This document shows positions 45,855 through 55,533 of a stretch of 64,000 nucleotides of DNA, piece after piece. Position numbers and translations under genes: made by a program. Position 1 is the first letter of the stretch. The number at the start of each line of letters is the position of its first letter. Source of the DNA: a virus; IMG/VR virus record IMGVR_UViG_3300032307_000370, positions 63,726-127,725 of that record; one strand, given 5' to 3'. The notes under the pieces are model-generated. The model searched no databases and was not told where the DNA came from. It worked only from the letters and a program-made list of their open reading frames with translations.

Positions 45855-47561
45855 ATGAAAGATAACAAATATTATGATGTTTTATTGAAAAAAATCCTCA
45901 ATGAAACTTTAGAAGATAAAGCAAATGAAGTAATGGAAAAATTAAAATTTAATAAACCAGGTTCTTCATTTGATTATGTTGAGGAAGGTGAAACTTGCGA
46001 ATGTGGATCACCTATGGTTGAAGGGCAATGTATGGAGTGTGGTTATATGAAAGATGGTGAAGTATTAGAAATTGGATTAGATGATCTTGAAGTTGATAAA
46101 AAATATAAATACAACCCAAAAAAGTTCAAGAGAGAAGAAAGTGGAAAAGAATTATCTTATAAAGGTAGGACTAATTACCCACAAGGAGGAACTCAACATA
46201 ACATATTCCAAGACGATATGATGGGTATGTTAGTACCTGATGAAGGTTTGGATGATTTTGATGAAATTGATATTGAAGAAATTACCGAAAGATTGTTAGG
46301 TAAACAAAAAAATATTGATAAAAATCGTAACGGTAAAATTGATGCCGAAGATTTTAAAATGTTAAGAAAAAAGAATGTAAAAAGAAAACACGATTCTGAA
46401 ATTGATGAAAATTTTTTAAAAAGAATTATAGGAAGAAAAGAAAAACCAATGGAGACACCAAAGTCAGAAAAAAACCAAGTTGGTTTCCGTTACGACCCCT
46501 CAGATTTTGACCCACATACAATGATGCACAGATCTGATATGGAAGCTATGGATAATGAATTTAGAAATAGAAGTAAAAATCCGCAACCCGCAGAAAACCA
46601 ACCTCGTGAAAAAAAATCAACTATGAGTCCTGAAGCAGAAAAAATGGATAAAGATTGGGGTGGTCTTGCATCAGTTATGGGTGTTGATCCTCGTGAAGCA
46701 CAAAGACTTTCAGACATGATGAAAGGCGAAACAAATGAAGTGGAGTTTGAAAAAGAAATGGAAGAAGGTAATGCGTTTACGGATAAGTTAAGACATACAC
46801 CAAAAGGTGGCAAATTTAAACTTGGCAATAAAGAATATACTGATAACTCTTCATTAGAAGAAGAAGTATTATATAGATTACAGTCAGGTAAAGATTCTGA
46901 ATTATTTACTGAAAGTGAAATTGTTGATATGATAGAACAAATTATTATGGAAGAAAAAGATAATATTAAAAAAGGTCAAACACCGGCTGGTTTAACGGCA
47001 TATGAAAAGGCTCATAAAGGATCGGGTAAAGAAAACGAAGATTATATGAAAGAATTCACTAAAAAGATTACGGAATATACTAAAGACGGATCAAAAGAAA
47101 AGTTTACAACAGAACCAAAACATTTCCCAAAAGGTAACGGTGAGTTAGAAAAAATGAGTAAAAAGGCATATGTTATGTCTGACGGTGGAAAAGAGTTTTT
47201 AGATGATTATATGAGACCTGGAATGGAAGATTTCGTTCCTGAAGAGATTGAATACGATGAAAATTGGGTAAAAGATAACATCAAAGGTTCGGCAAGAACT
47301 GGTAATAACCCTGAGTGGGCTAATGCGGAAGAAACTGGATTAGGTGAAAAATTAGTTAAAAAACAAAAAGCTAAAAAATTCCATAAAGCAAAAGAGACGG
47401 CATATAGAAAATCAAAACAACCTGTAACTGATGGTACTGGTGAGAATTCTGGAAGTGGTGTTAATATTAAACTTGAGAGTGTTGATAAAAAAACAGAAAA
47501 ATTAAATGAAGAATTTAATAGAATGAAAAGTTTAATTGGATACAACCAAAAGACCCAATAA
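45855..47561 (+). CDS. Highly charged putative internal head / scaffold protein with an EF-hand-like loop
   Basis: DKNRNGKIDAEDF; CECG..CMECG; C-terminal LNEEFNRMKSLIGY; TATTTAT at 45832-45838. Confidence 0.5.
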   Translation: MKDNKYYDVLLKKILNETLEDKANEVMEKLKFNKPGSSFDYVEEGETCECGSPMVEGQCMECGYMKDGEVLEIGLDDLEVDKKYKYNPKKFKREESGKELSYKGRTNYPQGGTQHNIFQDDMMGMLVPDEGLDDFDEIDIEEITERLLGKQKNIDKNRNGKIDAEDFKMLRKKNVKRKHDSEIDENFLKRIIGRKEKPMETPKSEKNQVGFRYDPSDFDPHTMMHRSDMEAMDNEFRNRSKNPQPAENQPREKKSTMSPEAEKMDKDWGGLASVMGVDPREAQRLSDMMKGETNEVEFEKEMEEGNAFTDKLRHTPKGGKFKLGNKEYTDNSSLEEEVLYRLQSGKDSELFTESEIVDMIEQIIMEEKDNIKKGQTPAGLTAYEKAHKGSGKENEDYMKEFTKKITEYTKDGSKEKFTTEPKHFPKGNGELEKMSKKAYVMSDGGKEFLDDYMRPGMEDFVPEEIEYDENWVKDNIKGSARTGNNPEWANAEETGLGEKLVKKQKAKKFHKAKETAYRKSKQPVTDGTGENSGSGVNIKLESVDKKTEKLNEEFNRMKSLIGYNQKTQ

Positions 47562-47608
47562 TTTACATATAACATATCTTTATTATAATTTCTCCATAGA
47601 CACAATCT

Positions 47609-48076
47609 ATGGAGAATTTTTTTAACTATATAACTCAACCAATGAAACCTGAAGATGTTGATATTTGGTTTAGGATTAATAATATAATTCCTGAAAAGAT
47701 GGATTTGTATTATGATTTCACGTTTTCATTATATTACTTAATAGTTGAAACATATTTAGGTGATGATAATAACGGAACTGAAACAAAAATCGTTATGACA
47801 GATGACGATAAAAAAAACCACTTTCAGTGGTGTTGGAAAAAAACCATAGAAAATTTTAATAAAGAAAGCATCGTCTTCAACGATAAAGGGGAACATCTTG
47901 ATTACTTCTTAGATTTTTTTATGGAAATATTTTATAACCAAAAAGAGGATAAAATAAAAAATTCAATAGGTACTTTTTTCACCGATGTATTTGACAGAAA
48001 GAAGCCTTTTACCAAATCAGATTTAGACATGATCTCAAGTATATATAAATCGTTAGATAAAAATATACTCTTATAG
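47609..48076 (+). CDS. Hypothetical protein
   Basis: 155 aa; preceded by TTTACA(47562)-16 nt-TATAAT(47584). Confidence 0.6.
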   Translation: MENFFNYITQPMKPEDVDIWFRINNIIPEKMDLYYDFTFSLYYLIVETYLGDDNNGTETKIVMTDDDKKNHFQWCWKKTIENFNKESIVFNDKGEHLDYFLDFFMEIFYNQKEDKIKNSIGTFFTDVFDRKKPFTKSDLDMISSIYKSLDKNILL

Positions 48077-48078
48077 TA

Positions 48079-48109
48079 TTTACAAACGGGATTTATTGAT
48101 TTAGATTTG
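48079..48109 (+). promoter_or_regulatory. Early/middle promoter
   Basis: TTTACA-17 nt-TAGATTTG (TAnnTTTG). Confidence 0.6.
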
Positions 48110-48143
48110 ATTATATAAAAATAAACAATTATTATTTTACACA

Positions 48144-48317
48144 ATGGAAACTTTAGAAAAAATTAAAACGTTAACAGAAGAATTAAATGTTGATGTTACT
48201 AAATTCTACGGTGGTAACAAAAGCGCTGGTACACGTGCTAGAAAAACATCACAAGAATTGAAAGCGTTGTTACAAACACTTAGAGGTGAGATTTTGGAAG
48301 CAAGAAAAAATGACTAA
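48144..48317 (+). CDS. Histone H1-like nucleoid protein (Hc1 family), 57 aa, absent from ORF track
   Basis: METLEKIKTLTEELNVDVTKFYGGNKSAGTRARKTSQELKALLQTLRGEILEARKND; GNKSAGTRARK is the family signature. Confidence 0.85.
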   Translation: METLEKIKTLTEELNVDVTKFYGGNKSAGTRARKTSQELKALLQTLRGEILEARKND

Positions 48318-48498
48318 TATTAATACAATATATTTATTTGTTTTTGTTTTCTCGGCAATCTTATTGATGAGAACGACGTTCAAATTTATTATCTCCTTAC
48401 TACAAGTTAATCCTGAAAGAATGGTTTTAAGTAGTAGGGAGATTCTATTCAATGGTTTAGCATTAAGTTATTTAATAACATATTTAATACAAGTATAA
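48310..48498 (+). CDS. Small two-TM membrane protein
   Basis: Start ATG 48310 (MTNINTIYLFVFVF...). Confidence 0.55.
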   Translation: MTNINTIYLFVFVFSAILLMRTTFKFIISLLQVNPERMVLSSREILFNGLALSYLITYLIQV

Positions 48499-48933
48499 AT
48501 GAGCTTATTTAAGGAATTTACAATATTATTCCCATATTTACAATCTGTTAGGAAGTTAAAAACATATCTTTCATTTGATATTGAGTTTCCAGAAAGTTGG
48601 AAATTACCTAAAAAATATGTCAATGAAGAAAAAGTGGTAGAAAATGAAAAATCAAAACAAGGATTTAGATTTTTCTCTTTTGTTTCTGAATTTGATGAAA
48701 ATTCGGTAGATGAGATAATATCAAATATAAAAAATATAATTGCTTACAACAAAGAACGAGAAGAAAAAGAAAGATTATTTCAGTTGAAAGTTGATGAGTT
48801 GAAGAAAATGTTTGAAAAAGAAAAATTAGGTAACTTACAAGCCTTAAAATTTGAAATCACTGAAGAAAAAATTGAATTAGATGACTCAGAAGAAACCATC
48901 AAGCCGGTTGGAGGGAATGCAACAGTGGCTTAA
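48499..48933 (+). CDS. Hypothetical protein
   Basis: 144 aa, operonic. Confidence 0.55.
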   Translation: MSLFKEFTILFPYLQSVRKLKTYLSFDIEFPESWKLPKKYVNEEKVVENEKSKQGFRFFSFVSEFDENSVDEIISNIKNIIAYNKEREEKERLFQLKVDELKKMFEKEKLGNLQALKFEITEEKIELDDSEETIKPVGGNATVA

Positions 48934-49087
48934 TAATGAAATCGAAAAAGATCAACTTGATTTAATAAATGAAAAAAATAGATTTATTGATCAAATTAAA
49001 AAAATAAAAAAAGAAGATATAATCCCTGTTAAACAAGAGATTAAATTAACAATATGGCAGAAGATCAAAAAAGTATTGATGGGATAA
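48881..49087 (+). CDS. Hypothetical protein
   Basis: 68 aa, overlaps both neighbours. Confidence 0.5.
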   Translation: MTQKKPSSRLEGMQQWLNNEIEKDQLDLINEKNRFIDQIKKIKKEDIIPVKQEIKLTIWQKIKKVLMG

Positions 49088-49377
49088 TTGAGAAGTTGGC
49101 ATTAATAACAGACGCAACTCAAACATTATTCCCAAATGGGAAAAGTGTAATAATCTTTGAATTACAATATGATGATTTTAAAAAAGTCCAATCAAACTTT
49201 AGACAAATTGATCAAGGGTATAATCAATTTAAAATAGATTTATCTGGTGTTGAGGTGGTGTTTATATTAGACGGAACATTTAAAGAACAAGAAGTACCAA
49301 AAGAAGAAAAAAAACAGAAAGGGTTTTTTTCTAAATTACTATCTCTTATAGGTGGTGAATCTACGGTAAAGAACTGA
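49054..49377 (+). CDS. Hypothetical protein
   Basis: 107 aa. Confidence 0.5.
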   Translation: MAEDQKSIDGIIEKLALITDATQTLFPNGKSVIIFELQYDDFKKVQSNFRQIDQGYNQFKIDLSGVEVVFILDGTFKEQEVPKEEKKQKGFFSKLLSLIGGESTVKN

Positions 49378-49974
49378 TTTAGAATAACCATTCTCAGATA
49401 AAAGATCATACATATACTTTTTCTGATCTTTAGACGAATCCTTTACCAAAATACAATCAATCCTTCCTTCATTTAACATATGTGATGATAGACAATCCAT
49501 TAACCTATCGCAATCATCTTCACTTTTAAGTGAAAAAAGAAATATCTTATCATCGTTTTGTATTACAATTTTGTTATTGAGTTTAGAAACCAATTTAACA
49601 CCAACTTTAGGTAAGTATTGTTTTAACATAGTTGGTACGGTTATTCTTTTTGATTTATTAACATCGTAAATTAATTCTTCTTTATTAAATTCGTTAATAA
49701 TAGTTATGTTAAAATCAGGATCCTCAAGATCAATTTTAATTTGTCTACCAAATTTATCCCTAACAAAATATGGTCTATGAGAAATGACCCTCTCTAAAAA
49801 TCCTATTTCATATTCGCAAGGTTTACCATTTTCAGTTCTGGTCCCAAAAATAACTGATTGGCTTTCCAAGAGTAAATTATCATAGAATTTTTTTGCTCTA
49901 TCAAATGTCTTGAATTTCTTGATAATTTTCTTTTTTGTTTTATTTTTAAACAATACGATTATATAGTTATCCAT
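49339..49974 (-). CDS. Hypothetical protein
   Basis: Probable start ATG 49974 (MDNYIIVLFKNK...); 3' end overlaps the convergent gene. Confidence 0.6.
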   Translation of the reverse strand: MDNYIIVLFKNKTKKKIIKKFKTFDRAKKFYDNLLLESQSVIFGTRTENGKPCEYEIGFLERVISHRPYFVRDKFGRQIKIDLEDPDFNITIINEFNKEELIYDVNKSKRITVPTMLKQYLPKVGVKLVSKLNNKIVIQNDDKIFLFSLKSEDDCDRLMDCLSSHMLNEGRIDCILVKDSSKDQKKYMYDLLSENGYSKSVLYRRFTTYKR

Positions 49975-50025
49975 TTTGATTATTATATATCTGTTAAATA
50001 TAAGTGTAAATAAGTTAAAATAAAT

Positions 50026-50955
50026 ATGGAAGATTATTATAGTGTATTGGGGGTTAGTGAAACGGCAACTCAAGATGAAATTAAAAAAGTATATAGAAAA
50101 TTAGTTAAGGAAAATCATCCTGATAAAGGTGGTGATGAAGAAAAGTTTAAAAAAATATCAACGGCATATGATACTATTGGCGACGAAAACAAACGTAGAC
50201 AATACGATCAACAGAAAAATAACCCATTCGGTAATATGGGTGGATTTGGTGGAGCGTCTATGGAAGATATGTTAAATAATATGTTCGGTGGTAATCGTAG
50301 ACAACAAAACAGAGTTCATGATACTGTTATAGACGTGAATGTTGGTGTGTTAGAATCTTATAAATCGGGAAAGAAAACAATCACTTACAATAGAAAAGGT
50401 AAGTGTGATCCTTGTAATGGTACTGGTGGTGAAAAGAAAGTGTGTCACACCTGTGGGGGTCAAGGATATACCGTAAAACAAATGGGATCTGGTATGTTTG
50501 TTCAGATTATGCAGGTTGCTTGTAATACTTGTAATGGTGTTGGAAAAATAACTACCGCAGCTTGTTATGCGTGTGGTGGTCAAGGTGCGAGAAATGAAAT
50601 AAAAACCGTGGATGTGCAATTACCACACGGTATTGATGACGGTCAGTTTTTAAGATTACAAGGACTTGGTGATTACAGAAATGGTGGTTACGGTAATTTA
50701 GTTATAAGAATTAGAGCTATAAACGAAGGTAATTTTGAAAAGTCAGGACCAAATTTAGTTTATAATGCTTTTCTAAACATTGAGGACTTCCAAAAAGGGT
50801 CTTTTGATGTACCCCACCCAGATGGAACTATGAATATTAAATTCCCTATTAATATAGATACCTCAATGCCTCTAAGAGTTAAAGGTAAAGGATTTAAATA
50901 CCAACAACAAGGTGATTTATTAATTAATCAATATCTTAAGTTTAACAGGTCTTAA
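50026..50955 (+). CDS. dnaJ: DnaJ co-chaperone (J domain, Zn finger, C-terminal domain)
   Basis: DYYSVLGV...HPD; four CxxCxGxG repeats; LRLQGLG. Confidence 0.92.
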   Translation: MEDYYSVLGVSETATQDEIKKVYRKLVKENHPDKGGDEEKFKKISTAYDTIGDENKRRQYDQQKNNPFGNMGGFGGASMEDMLNNMFGGNRRQQNRVHDTVIDVNVGVLESYKSGKKTITYNRKGKCDPCNGTGGEKKVCHTCGGQGYTVKQMGSGMFVQIMQVACNTCNGVGKITTAACYACGGQGARNEIKTVDVQLPHGIDDGQFLRLQGLGDYRNGGYGNLVIRIRAINEGNFEKSGPNLVYNAFLNIEDFQKGSFDVPHPDGTMNIKFPINIDTSMPLRVKGKGFKYQQQGDLLINQYLKFNRS

Positions 50956-51119
50956 AATAGAGATTTAATGTCGTATATTAATGACACTAAACCATAAATT
51001 GATAATCCAAACATTAACCCGCCGGCAATAAACACAAATTTTTGTGTTTTACCTGATGTTTGGTTACATTTTCTACATCCTGTTACTTGTGTTGCTTCAG
51101 TTTTCATATCTTCTTCCAT
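50952..51119 (-). CDS. Small membrane protein with CxxC
   Basis: MEEDMKTEATQVTGCRKC...FVFIAGGLMFGLSIYGLV; minus-strand TATTTAT at 51139-51145. Confidence 0.55.
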   Translation of the reverse strand: MEEDMKTEATQVTGCRKCNQTSGKTQKFVFIAGGLMFGLSIYGLVSLIYDIKSLF

Positions 51120-51152
51120 GTTTTCTTTTTTATTAATAATAAATATTATTGA

Positions 51153-51181
51153 TTGACATATAAACATAAAACTACTATTTT
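51153..51181 (+). promoter_or_regulatory. Sigma70-like promoter of the methylase
   Basis: TTGACA-17 nt-TATTTT. Confidence 0.65.
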
Positions 51182-51195
51182 TATATTAAAAAAAT

Positions 51196-52035
51196 ATGCT
51201 ATCATACATTGGAGGTAAAAGTAAAATCGGGAAATGGATCGTTCCTTTCTACGATAAAAATATGGAAACATATGTTGAAACATTTGGGGGGATGTTTTGG
51301 TGTTTCTTTAATATGGATCTTAAACAGTTCCCTAATTTAAAAAGAGTTGTATATAACGACTTCAACCCATTAAATTATAATTTATTTAAATGCATTCAAA
51401 ACCCTGAACGTTTATTAGTTGAAATAAATAATATACCGTGTCAACAAAAGGGTGAAGAAATTACGGATCCGATATATAAACAACAATTTGAATTATTCCA
51501 ATCGGAAATCTTTGGTAAAGATTTTATTGTGGGAGATACTGATTATGTTGTTGCTGCTAAATATGTTTATATTCTAACACAAGTATTTAGTGGGTCTAAA
51601 CCTGAAACATCAAATTTTATTGATTTAAAAGGTAAATACAAATCAAAATATCTTACTTTTAGAGATAAGTTATCAAAACCTGAATGGATTGAACATTTTC
51701 TTAAAATAACAGAAGTTGAGAATATGGACTTTGAAGATGTGATAAATAAATATGACTCACCAACAACTTATTTTTATGTTGATCCACCATATTGGAAAAC
51801 TGAGAACTATTATTCCAACCATGATTTTGATAGAGAAGATCACGAGAGATTGGCGAACACTCTTAAAGGTATGAAAGGTAAATTTTCACTATCTTATTAT
51901 AATTTTGATATTTTATGCGAATGGTTTCCAAAAAATGATTATCTTTGGCAAACAAAAGAATTTGCGAAAGCAGCTTCGGCAAAAAAAGGTGAAAAACAAA
52001 ATATGGGTGAGGAATTACTTATAATGAATTATTAA
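51196..52035 (+). CDS. Orphan DNA adenine methyltransferase (Dam/D12 class)
   Basis: YIGGKSK; YVETFGG; YNDFN; FYVDPPY; ELLIMNY. Confidence 0.9.
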   Translation: MLSYIGGKSKIGKWIVPFYDKNMETYVETFGGMFWCFFNMDLKQFPNLKRVVYNDFNPLNYNLFKCIQNPERLLVEINNIPCQQKGEEITDPIYKQQFELFQSEIFGKDFIVGDTDYVVAAKYVYILTQVFSGSKPETSNFIDLKGKYKSKYLTFRDKLSKPEWIEHFLKITEVENMDFEDVINKYDSPTTYFYVDPPYWKTENYYSNHDFDREDHERLANTLKGMKGKFSLSYYNFDILCEWFPKNDYLWQTKEFAKAASAKKGEKQNMGEELLIMNY

Positions 52036-52078
52036 TTTTTTTTTGTTTATTAGATATTTATAATATAAAAAACTCATT

Positions 52079-54028
52079 ATGGAATTAGTTGGACTCTTGT
52101 CAAAAATTGTTAAAGAAAACGTTAACGTTAAGAAAATATTATTAGAGTATCCGGAATCTACGGTAAAAAAATTATTGGATAAATTCACAAAAGAGACGGA
52201 TGATACCGAAGACGAAATCAAAAAAGTAATTTCTGATTTTGAGAGGTTCAAATCTTCATTTGATAATGAGGATAAGGATATCTTTAGACATAGTTATGAA
52301 AAATTAAAACAACTTGTTGCGGATAAATCCACAAAACAAAAAACCAAAAAAGATCTTGAAGGATTGGCCCAAGAATTTGTTACAAAACATAAAGGTGCCG
52401 ATTTACAATTAGTAAAAACAAATATCAAGAAGTATTTTGAATTAAAAACATTGTTTCCAGAACAAAAATTATTCAAAAAAGACGTTACCGATTTTACTCC
52501 ATCACAATTAAATGATATTGTTAATAGATTTTTTGGTAAGTTTGATGAAAATGGTGAAAACGAATTAACAAAAAGAATGACAGAAAAATTCATGAAGGAT
52601 AATCCGGATGATGATCCACTTACTGTTATTCTTCCAAGAGTAAAAAGATTTGTTAGACATTTTGAATCTATCCCATTAAACTCTAAGTTAAGTGCGTTTA
52701 TGACATTTGATGAGTTTGAACACATTGTTGATGGTTATACACCAATGGGTGAGGATGAATATAGTTTACCTGATATTGACTTAGAAGATGTTAATATTGC
52801 TTATGAGGATGATAATGTATTAATATTTGCTCCTGAGGAAAAACAACAATGTATTAACATTAGAAAAAAACACGCACCTGATAGAAGATGGTGTACATCT
52901 TGGGAAGGTTCATCCAACTACTATTACAATTATAGATTGAATCAAAATTTAACATTATATTATGTTATAAGTAAAAATTTACCTGAATCAGATGTTAATT
53001 ATGCTGTTGTTGTCCTTGTTGATAGATATGGTGATATGAGATTAGCTGACGGAACAAATTCAGGTAGATTTTCTGGTGGTCAAACAATTGATTGGGATGA
53101 AATTATTAGAAAAGTACCAGCATTAAAAGGTAAAAAAGAATATCTTGAACCAAAACCGTTTACAGCAGAGGATCAAGATAAAATGCAAAGATATAAATCA
53201 TACAACCTTAAAACTACGGATCCTGTTGAAGAATTAGGTAGTGTTGAGGAGGTTGAGTTATGGATGGAATTAAGAGGTCCTGATTTTAGTCATATAACAA
53301 ATGGGGATTTAATTTTTGGTAACCTTCCTGAGGAACTACAAAAGAAATATATTGGTCTTGGAACTGAATTAAGTGGAGGAATGGTTAAAATGCTTAAAGA
53401 TGGGGCAATGTCATACTATGTCTCAAAGAAAAAAGAAAAACTACTTACAAAAACTTTAAGTCAATTAACGTCGAGTGATATTGAGACAATTAAGACCAAA
53501 GAAATGAGACCATATTTTAGACAATTAAAGAGAAAATATGGTGAAGAATTAGTTGCTAAAGATACTGGAACATTCGTTCAATTAGAATACCCTAAAGATG
53601 ATGCTTCAAAATACATTGCGTTATTTGGTTTTGATGAGTATTTTGATTCTATTCCTGACAATGTTGAGTTCATTAATATGGAAAATAAATCAAATGACAC
53701 AATAAGTTTAGAATTACCGGAATCAATAGGTAGATTTACAGAACTTAAAACATTAGTGATAGATAACATGATTAAGTCACTTCCTGAAAGTATTGGAAAT
53801 TGTAGACAATTATCATTCTTAAATCTTACTAATAACTCACAATTGGATAAATTACCTGAATCAATTTCTAAGTTAACTTGTTTGGAGTTTTTCTCAATAA
53901 TGGGATCTGACCCAAATATTAAAATACCTAAGAAATTAGAGGAATATATGACACCAGATGAGGACTTCTGGTTGATCCACTTCCCTGAAGATATGAAAAC
54001 ACATTGTACCGGAATGGTAGGATTTTAA
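52079..54028 (+). CDS. Large protein with C-terminal leucine-rich repeats
   Basis: LPESIGRFTELKTL, LPESIGNCRQLSFLNL and LPESISKLTCL; central WCTS..YYYNY motif; TATTTAT at 52055-52061. Confidence 0.7.
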   Translation: MELVGLLSKIVKENVNVKKILLEYPESTVKKLLDKFTKETDDTEDEIKKVISDFERFKSSFDNEDKDIFRHSYEKLKQLVADKSTKQKTKKDLEGLAQEFVTKHKGADLQLVKTNIKKYFELKTLFPEQKLFKKDVTDFTPSQLNDIVNRFFGKFDENGENELTKRMTEKFMKDNPDDDPLTVILPRVKRFVRHFESIPLNSKLSAFMTFDEFEHIVDGYTPMGEDEYSLPDIDLEDVNIAYEDDNVLIFAPEEKQQCINIRKKHAPDRRWCTSWEGSSNYYYNYRLNQNLTLYYVISKNLPESDVNYAVVVLVDRYGDMRLADGTNSGRFSGGQTIDWDEIIRKVPALKGKKEYLEPKPFTAEDQDKMQRYKSYNLKTTDPVEELGSVEEVELWMELRGPDFSHITNGDLIFGNLPEELQKKYIGLGTELSGGMVKMLKDGAMSYYVSKKKEKLLTKTLSQLTSSDIETIKTKEMRPYFRQLKRKYGEELVAKDTGTFVQLEYPKDDASKYIALFGFDEYFDSIPDNVEFINMENKSNDTISLELPESIGRFTELKTLVIDNMIKSLPESIGNCRQLSFLNLTNNSQLDKLPESISKLTCLEFFSIMGSDPNIKIPKKLEEYMTPDEDFWLIHFPEDMKTHCTGMVGF

Positions 54029-54037
54029 TATAAAAAT

Positions 54038-54334
54038 ATGAAAAACATAGATGTTGAGATTTACATAAGTCAGATGATTACATTTTTTGAGAGTAACCCA
54101 TCTGACTTTATGGATTTAGTCGGAACCGCCCAAAAAGATGAATTCTTCCAAAAGATGAAAGAAAAGTCATTAGAAAATGTTGAAAATGGTGAAGATTTTA
54201 TTCTGACAAAACAACAAATTTTAGATATTGTCTTAGAATTGAAGGCACCTGAATTGGTGGAAAAGTTAGGTTCAATTGAAAAAATTGAACATCACATCAT
54301 GAAAACAAAATTTGGGGATATATTTTTAAATTAA
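54038..54334 (+). CDS. Hypothetical protein
   Basis: 98 aa. Confidence 0.55.
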   Translation: MKNIDVEIYISQMITFFESNPSDFMDLVGTAQKDEFFQKMKEKSLENVENGEDFILTKQQILDIVLELKAPELVEKLGSIEKIEHHIMKTKFGDIFLN

Positions 54335-54348
54335 TTTTTCAAAAAGTA

Positions 54349-54378
54349 TTGTAGGTTTAAAAAAAAATATTACCTTTG
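54349..54378 (+). promoter_or_regulatory. Early promoter with Bacteroidota -7 element
   Basis: TTGTAG...TACCTTTG (TAnnTTTG at 54371-54378). Confidence 0.55.
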
Positions 54379-54401
54379 TAGGGTAATTAAATTTTATACT
54401 T

Positions 54402-55157
54402 ATGTTATACACTCCAGAATTAATCAAAAAAGCGGCACCTTCAGTGTTTGCGACAGAACCATCAAACAAATTATCTAACAAGTATTCTTTTGTACCTACA
54501 GATCAGGTTATTGAGTATTTCCAAAGAGAAGGTTGGGATGTTTCATCTGTTAGTCAAACAGGAAGAGGAATTCATGCATTACATGAAGTTAAATTCCGTA
54601 ATGGTCAATTACCAAAAGTTGGTGACACGTTAGTTGAGGCAATTGTTCGTAACTCACACAATGGTACTTCAGGTTTCTCTTTAGGGGCCGGTCTTTACCG
54701 ATTGGTTTGTAGTAATGGACTTATTGTTCCGACATCCGTTTCAGAAAGATTTAATATTCGTCATAACTCTTTTACCTTAGATGAAGTTAAGGAGTTGAGT
54801 GAGAATTTTGCAAAAAAATTACCTAAGATTGAACATTCAGTTGGTAAAATGATGGAAAGAATCTTAACTTTTGATGAAAAGATTGATTTTGTTGAACAAT
54901 CATCTAAATTTAGATGGTCTATGGGATCTATCCCGAAAGAATTAAATGTTGAGGAGATTTTAACACCTTTGAGACACGAAGATTCGGGGGATGATTTATG
55001 GACAACATTCAACCTTGTACAGGAAAAATTTGTTCGTGGGGGTATTGAGTATAAAACAAAAACTGGTAGAAAGTCAAGTTTACGAAGTTTAAAAAATATT
55101 GCATCTTTAAACTATGTGAATACAAAACTTTGGGAAACGGCTGAAGCTATGTTGTAA
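54402..55157 (+). CDS. DUF932 / DUF945-family protein
   Basis: APSVFATEP...YSFVPT; NSHNG; GLYRLVCSNGL; LWTTFNLVQE; LWETA. Confidence 0.85.
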   Translation: MLYTPELIKKAAPSVFATEPSNKLSNKYSFVPTDQVIEYFQREGWDVSSVSQTGRGIHALHEVKFRNGQLPKVGDTLVEAIVRNSHNGTSGFSLGAGLYRLVCSNGLIVPTSVSERFNIRHNSFTLDEVKELSENFAKKLPKIEHSVGKMMERILTFDEKIDFVEQSSKFRWSMGSIPKELNVEEILTPLRHEDSGDDLWTTFNLVQEKFVRGGIEYKTKTGRKSSLRSLKNIASLNYVNTKLWETAEAML

Positions 55158-55162
55158 ATACT

Positions 55163-55188
55163 ATGGGGTCTACGGACCCCATTTTTTT
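55163..55188 (+). terminator. Intrinsic terminator
   Basis: ATGGGGTC-TACG-GACCCCAT perfect 8-bp stem with cUNCGg loop, followed by T6. Confidence 0.9.
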
Positions 55189-55193
55189 AGATT

Positions 55194-55529
55194 ATGGAAG
55201 ATAAATATTTTACAAAGGAAAAAGATTTTTTGGAGATTATTAAGAATAGATACCAAAAATTATATGGTATTATAAAAGTTAATAGTCACCTCATTTTAAG
55301 CCCTGAATTATTGATCCAAAAGGAATTTGTTATTGAATATCTTAATGGTGATGAATATAACGGAGAAATTAAATTCAATGAAGGGATATTCAAACACAGA
55401 TCTGGATTTTATATATATTTATCTAAGATTACATCAACAGAATTGAATTTTAATGTTAGAGTTTATTATGATGTTGAACAATTAGAAGAAGTAAAATTCT
55501 TCATAAAAAATTTATTAAAATTAAAGTAA
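55194..55529 (+). CDS. Hypothetical protein
   Basis: 111 aa. Confidence 0.55.
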   Translation: MEDKYFTKEKDFLEIIKNRYQKLYGIIKVNSHLILSPELLIQKEFVIEYLNGDEYNGEIKFNEGIFKHRSGFYIYLSKITSTELNFNVRVYYDVEQLEEVKFFIKNLLKLK

Positions 55530-55533
55530 AAAA

